From the human T2T-CHM13v2.0 reference genome, Homo sapiens, in NCBI RefSeq assembly GCF_009914755.1, contig NC_060930.1: DNA of 64,000 bases. One strand, written 5' to 3'. Shown piece after piece: positions 48,801 to 64,000 of the stretch. Position numbers and translations under genes: made by a program. Under the pieces are notes generated by a model. It did not search any database. It had not been told where the DNA came from and saw only the letters and a list, made by a program, of their open reading frames with translations. How positions within the stretch are numbered: the stretch's first letter is position 1; each line of letters starts with the position of its first letter.

Positions 48801-51800
48801 ACTTGCTGGAGTCTTGCCTGTGGGTGCATTTGATGTGACTTCTGCTTTGCTCTTGCTTGAATCTCTTCTGTTTTTTCCCTCTGCCCTCTTAGGACCTGCC
48901 TCATCCAGTGCTCCCGGAACAGCTCCAACTGTGCCTGGGACTTTAGCACTGAGTGTTGCTGTCTTAGGAGTTCCACTGCCACCATGGCTGGGTGGCCACC
49001 ACGTCCTCTGGGCTCAGCATCCTGGCCAGTTAAGTCACTCTTCTAGGCACTGGGTCACTTACAGTAAAATGTTGGTGGGCCTATTCTCTCTCATTTCCCT
49101 GCAGCCACCCCTGGCTCCTTGGGAGGAGTTCAGGGAGAGTCATTAGCTCCTGCTTTCAACTGTGTTTTAAACCTGTCTGAGGATGTGTCTGTAGCTCAAA
49201 GGGGTTTTGGTGGCCTCTGGTCAGACCAACTGCCAGATGCCTGTTACCTGGCTGCTTTCTCGAAAGGTTTTCATCTTTCTTCCTCATGATCTAATCTCTC
49301 TGTTCAGGGCGAGAGGCATTCCTTCCAGAGATCACCCCTCCTTCTTCCATCATCCTCCTCCCCTCCCTTTCATTCCTAGAAGGGGAGCATAGGGAATACC
49401 ACGCGGGAAGTCTGACGGCAGGAAACGAATGGAAGGAAGACAGGAGATCAGGCTCTGGTTCCCCTTAAGGACAAGAATCAGGGTGGAGTGGTGGGGAGAA
49501 CTGGGGCTTGGAGGAAGGAGAGTGCCTACTGAGGACCCTCCCAGTGCAGAAGCATCACAGACCCAGGGATGCAGAAAATAGGGCCCGAGAAAGACAGTGA
49601 GGTGCAGACCTCAGTGATGAGTCTGGGACTGACAGACGTGTCCACAGGGAAGAGGCAATTGAGACTTGGATTGAAGCCCTTTAAACCCCCACCCCCACCC
49701 CTGCTGAGATTCTGCTCCCAAGGTGATAGGAGAAAACACCAGAGAGATGAGGTCTCAGAGTCAGAGACATCAGTCACAGAAAGAAAGATGGAAAGTCAGA
49801 GGGCAGTGGGGGTCTGGGGGGCTGGAGGCACCACTTACCTCAGTCACTGGCCCTGTCTTTGTGCCCCAGGTCCGAAGCCCCAGAAGGACTCTGTCTCAGA
49901 CTGGGCCATTGTGTTGATCACTCTCACTTTGGTGGCAGCAATTGTCAGCCTAATGTACGGTATCAAGAAGGTGAGCAATGCCATGGTCCAATGTGTGGGA
50001 TCCCTGTGCCAGTGGGGCTGGGACCTGGTGCCCCAGGATTCAGAGGAGAACAGGGCTTTGGGGAGGGGAATGACAGCTTGCAGGGCTTGTTGCAGGGAGG
50101 GCAAAGAGAGCCCTTGTCTCAGTGGCCGAGAAAAACACCGGTCTGGCAGGGATAGGGGGTTGGGGCCACTGAAAGAGGCGGGGGAGTGCTGGAGGCTGAC
50201 TGGCACGTGGAAGCACTCAACTCAGCTCTAGGCAATGAAGGACCAGTTCTGTGGAGCCACATTCACCTGGGCTTGAATCCTTGTGCAAGTTACTTAATCT
50301 GTCTGTGCTCCGGATTCTTCATTAATAATAATACTTAAATAATAATAATATTACATCGCACTGATTATGTGCTAGGTGTGCTAGGTGCTGTACATATTTT
50401 AGTTCACAGCAAGCCAGTGATATAGGAAATATTACTCCTCATTTTACAGATGAGGTAATTGAGTCCTGGATGAAATGAGAATGATGGCATCCATCTCAAA
50501 GGGTGGTTGGGAGGATCAAATAAGCTTATGCAAAGAGAGCACTAATGGTGCTTGGCATGTATTATAGTAAGTGCTCAATATACAGCCTTATTCATTATTA
50601 TTGCTGTTTTTGCTCAAAGAGGAATGCTGAGTGCCTGGGTTGCCAAGAGGAAGCAGCAGTTCATGGGAAGAGCTGGGCTGAGCAGCAGGTTCCCGGGTCC
50701 CTAGATTAACCCATCGTACCCTCCCCTCATCTCACAGGCCTGCCAGTTCCGGAGGGAGATGAGTCTGGGGTGTGGCTGTGGCTCTGTGACCCCTTACAGC
50801 AGCCACCATGAGGGGGAGGCTGCCAGCCAGCGCTACTCTTGTCAAATGAAAGGTGGGGCTGGGGCAGCTGAGCGCCTACCCTTTGGCCTTCCTTCTTCCT
50901 CTCCCAGATAGTCTCATTCCCAGACTCCCCTATCCCATTCACCTTAGCTGGGACCATTTCCTGCAGGTAGATTCCTGGGGTCACTGGCCCCCCCAGGTCT
51001 CTTCCACCCACAGCGTAAGGAGGAGTCTACTGTCAGTCACAAGATTCTGCTCTCTGTCCTGCCGCCAGCCATGCAGACTGCGGGAAGGTGCCCAGCTTCT
51101 CCGAGGGCAGTTTTCTCATCTGTAGAAGGAAGGACCAGGGCTAAGTGGTCTGCAGGCACCTTCCAGCCCTCACGGAGCCCAGGTCTGGACAGCTGGAACC
51201 CCTGCCCCTCACCCTCTCTTCCTAGTCCCACCCTCCTCCCTGACGACCAGAGAAGCTCTTTAGCTGAGGACAGTCTGCTCACGGCTTCCCTTCTCACTTC
51301 CCTCCACAGGGAGCCCCCTCAGGCTGGCTCTTGAGCCCCCAAGGCCCTCTGATTCTCTCCCCTCAGGGCAGGTGCAGGACCCTCCTCTGTGGTGCCCCCT
51401 CGGTCTGCTATGGGAGGGTGGTGAACAAGTTATTGCTAAATAAAATGGCACTTCCTCCACTTGTCTCCCAGATGCTGTGGGTTTGCCCAAGTGCATGGGC
51501 TTTTGTGTCATGTGGGCCCGGAAGGGCCAAGTCTGGTCTCTGCCAGTTACCAGGGCAAGTCATTCCCTGATCCGAGGCTCATTTATCCTCATCTGTAAAG
51601 TGAGGGTGACAGGTGATAACTCATAGGTGAGGTGCTTAGTACATTCTTCAGTACATAGAAATGCCCAAACAATGGTAGTTGGCAGAGTTGTTTCGTGACT
51701 GGCCTCTCAGCCTCCAGCTCAGATGAAGCAACATAGACTGACTGTAAGAGACTGTTTTGGGCCTCCACCTACCTCCAGGTTTCTCCATCCCAGACATCAG

Positions 51801-51881
51801 CGTCCTTGGGGTGGAGTTGTAGCTCAGAGAGAAGGGAAGGGGGTGTTCATTCACAAACACTGGTTAGTGCTTATTCTAAAG

Positions 51882-52098
51882 CAGAGATCCTCCACTTCAG
51901 CACAATTGGTGTCCTGGGCTGGATAATTCTTTGCTGTGGAGACTGCTCTGGGCATTATAGGATGTCCCACAGCATCTCTGGCCTCTACCCCCTAGATGCC
52001 AGTAGCATCCCACTCCAAATTGTGACAAAAATGTCTCCAGAAATTTCCAAATGTTCCCTGATGTGGGCAAAATTACTCCTCCCTGTACAGAACCACCG
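51882..52098. mobile_element. MER20 DNA transposon
   Basis: ggataattctttgctgtgg...gcatctctggcctctaccccctagatgccagtagca...aatgtctccaga signature. Confidence 0.8.
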
Positions 52099-53595
52099 TC
52101 CTAGAGGCTTGGGTCCCTGGGGAAAGGGGGGGGGGGGAAGGGGACCAGTGAAAAGGGGGACTGTCAGTCACCCGAGTCTACATGGAGTTGCAGAGGACAG
52201 CCTGTGTCTGCCTTAGTTTCTCCATCCTGCAGGATATATTGCCTGGGAGGCAGGCTGCCCAGTTCTGAGTAGTCAGTCTTTGGCCTGACTCCACGGAGCC
52301 TCATTAATCTCCCATTAATCACATTAATAAGCAGTTGGCCTCCTCTCCTCTTCCCACCTATTCCAGCCCTGCCCAGGGCTTAGGGACAAGTCACACCAAG
52401 TAAGGAGAGGAACCCACATGTCCAGTTCTCTAGTCCTCTCATGAGCCCAAATGCCCTGAGGGCCTGGCCTCCTGCCCTCAGGTCCTGGACCTCTCTATGG
52501 CCTTTGCCTGCCCCCACTTCCCTCAGAAAGGCATCCTCCGGCCCTGGCTTCCACTCCATCCAGGCGGAGTGGAAACATTTATTGATTGCCTACTGTGTGC
52601 CAGACACTGTCCTAGGCTCTGATGACACAGCAGGGATCCAAGGTGCTTACTTTCCATGGAGACCCACAGTGGGCAGAAAGGGGTTGTGACTTCTCTGTGC
52701 TAGAGACCCAGGGAGTCTGTCCTCCCCTACTCCAGCCCCAGGCACTGTCACTGGGGAGACAAGGGAGTCTCTGAGCTAATGCTTGCTTTAGGCAGGAAGT
52801 GAGGAAGGGAAGGGGGAGCTCTGGGGTGCTCCTAAAAATGAGATGTCTGCATTTCTGTATAGGAGTGAATGGGGACTTCGAGACAAAGAGACAGCCGCTG
52901 AGCTGAGGTGGGAGGGAAGAGGTAGAGTGAAAGCAGAAGCCCCTGTACACCGAGCATCTCTTGGCCAAAGATCTTGGCCTCGGTCCTTCTGGGTGGCCTG
53001 ACCTGTCTGTGTCCCTGGTGAGGGGTGTGACATATGTCCCTGTGGTTCTGTGTCTTGTCTCTGTCACTGCCTCTGCACTCTCCACATATTGTTGTATGAC
53101 CTCTGAACATCATGAAGCACCTTTCTCTGCAGCGAGGGTCATTCGAGGGCTTTCTCTCACCTTTGCTCTTTCACCTGATCCTCGCGGACAGCTCCGCCCA
53201 AGGTGGCAAGAATGACCATGTGTGAATAAGGGGTGTGGAAGCTGGGCTGATGCGGGAGAGGTGGGAGGGTGCGCGTGAAGCTGGACACAGATCAGAACGT
53301 GAACCCCACCCCATCCTGCTCCCAGCCAGAGCTCAGTCCTTCTAGAACTGAGCCATCTGCTCCCCACTTCCCCAGAGCCCTGGAGGCGCCACCCTCACTT
53401 CCCTCCACTGGGGCTGGCTCAGGTGCCTGCTCCTTTCTGGTTCCTCTGCCCTGCCCCCAGATCCCACCCCTCGGCAGGCACCCAGGTGCCTGGCTCCATG
53501 ACGCAGCAGCTGCGGTCTCCTCTTATCAGGGCTCCCCTGTGGGTTGGGGTGGCTCCATTTGTTTAAGACTTAGTCCTGAGGAGCCCCAGCCCCCA

Positions 53596-53622
53596 TGACG
53601 TCAAGATTGGCTCCATATAAGG
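53596..53622 (+). promoter_or_regulatory. MUCL3 core promoter: CRE, inverted CCAAT, TATA/CArG
   Basis: TGACGTCA 53596-53603, ATTGG 53606-53610, CCATATAAGG 53613-53622, about 50 nt upstream of the ATG. Confidence 0.75.
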
Positions 53623-53669
53623 TGAGGGGTCCGCAGCCCATGGTCCCCAAGCAGCCACCCAGCTCCGAC

Positions 53670-64000
<10,331 letters not shown>

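Noticed and set aside
49569-50231. 220-aa single-exon ORF
   Set aside because: Only 49870-49970 has splice sites and coding character. The flanks look intronic.
53595-53669. In-frame upstream ATGs extending MUCL3
   Set aside because: They lie within or upstream of the core promoter and the expected TSS near 53645, so they are unlikely to be in the mRNA.

Overview
Human (primate) genomic DNA from the MHC class I region, 6p21.33. Order: DDR1 (+; all 17 coding exons, 913-aa DDR1b frame closes; MIR4640 in an intron), an Alu-dense gap, GTF2H4 (+, 462 aa), VARS2 (+, 1063 aa, promoter directly behind the GTF2H4 poly(A) signal), SFTA2 (-, 78 aa), and MUCL3/DPCR1 (+, exon 1 and the VNTR exon, which runs off the window end). 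The most notable signal lies at about 47240-51450, between SFTA2 and MUCL3. It is a complete five-exon layout of a MUC21/MUC22-like transmembrane mucin: TATA-like box, Kozak ATG with signal-peptide exon, 21-bp PTVSGSL repeat exon, S/T exon, TM exon, cytoplasmic exon and AATAAA. Both mucin exons are frameshifted. The signal, TM and tail exons are intact and phase-compatible, so skipping the broken exons gives an open 108-aa membrane microprotein, or an in-frame read-through into MUCL3. All coordinates were counted by hand. Repeat boundaries and subfamilies are approximate.
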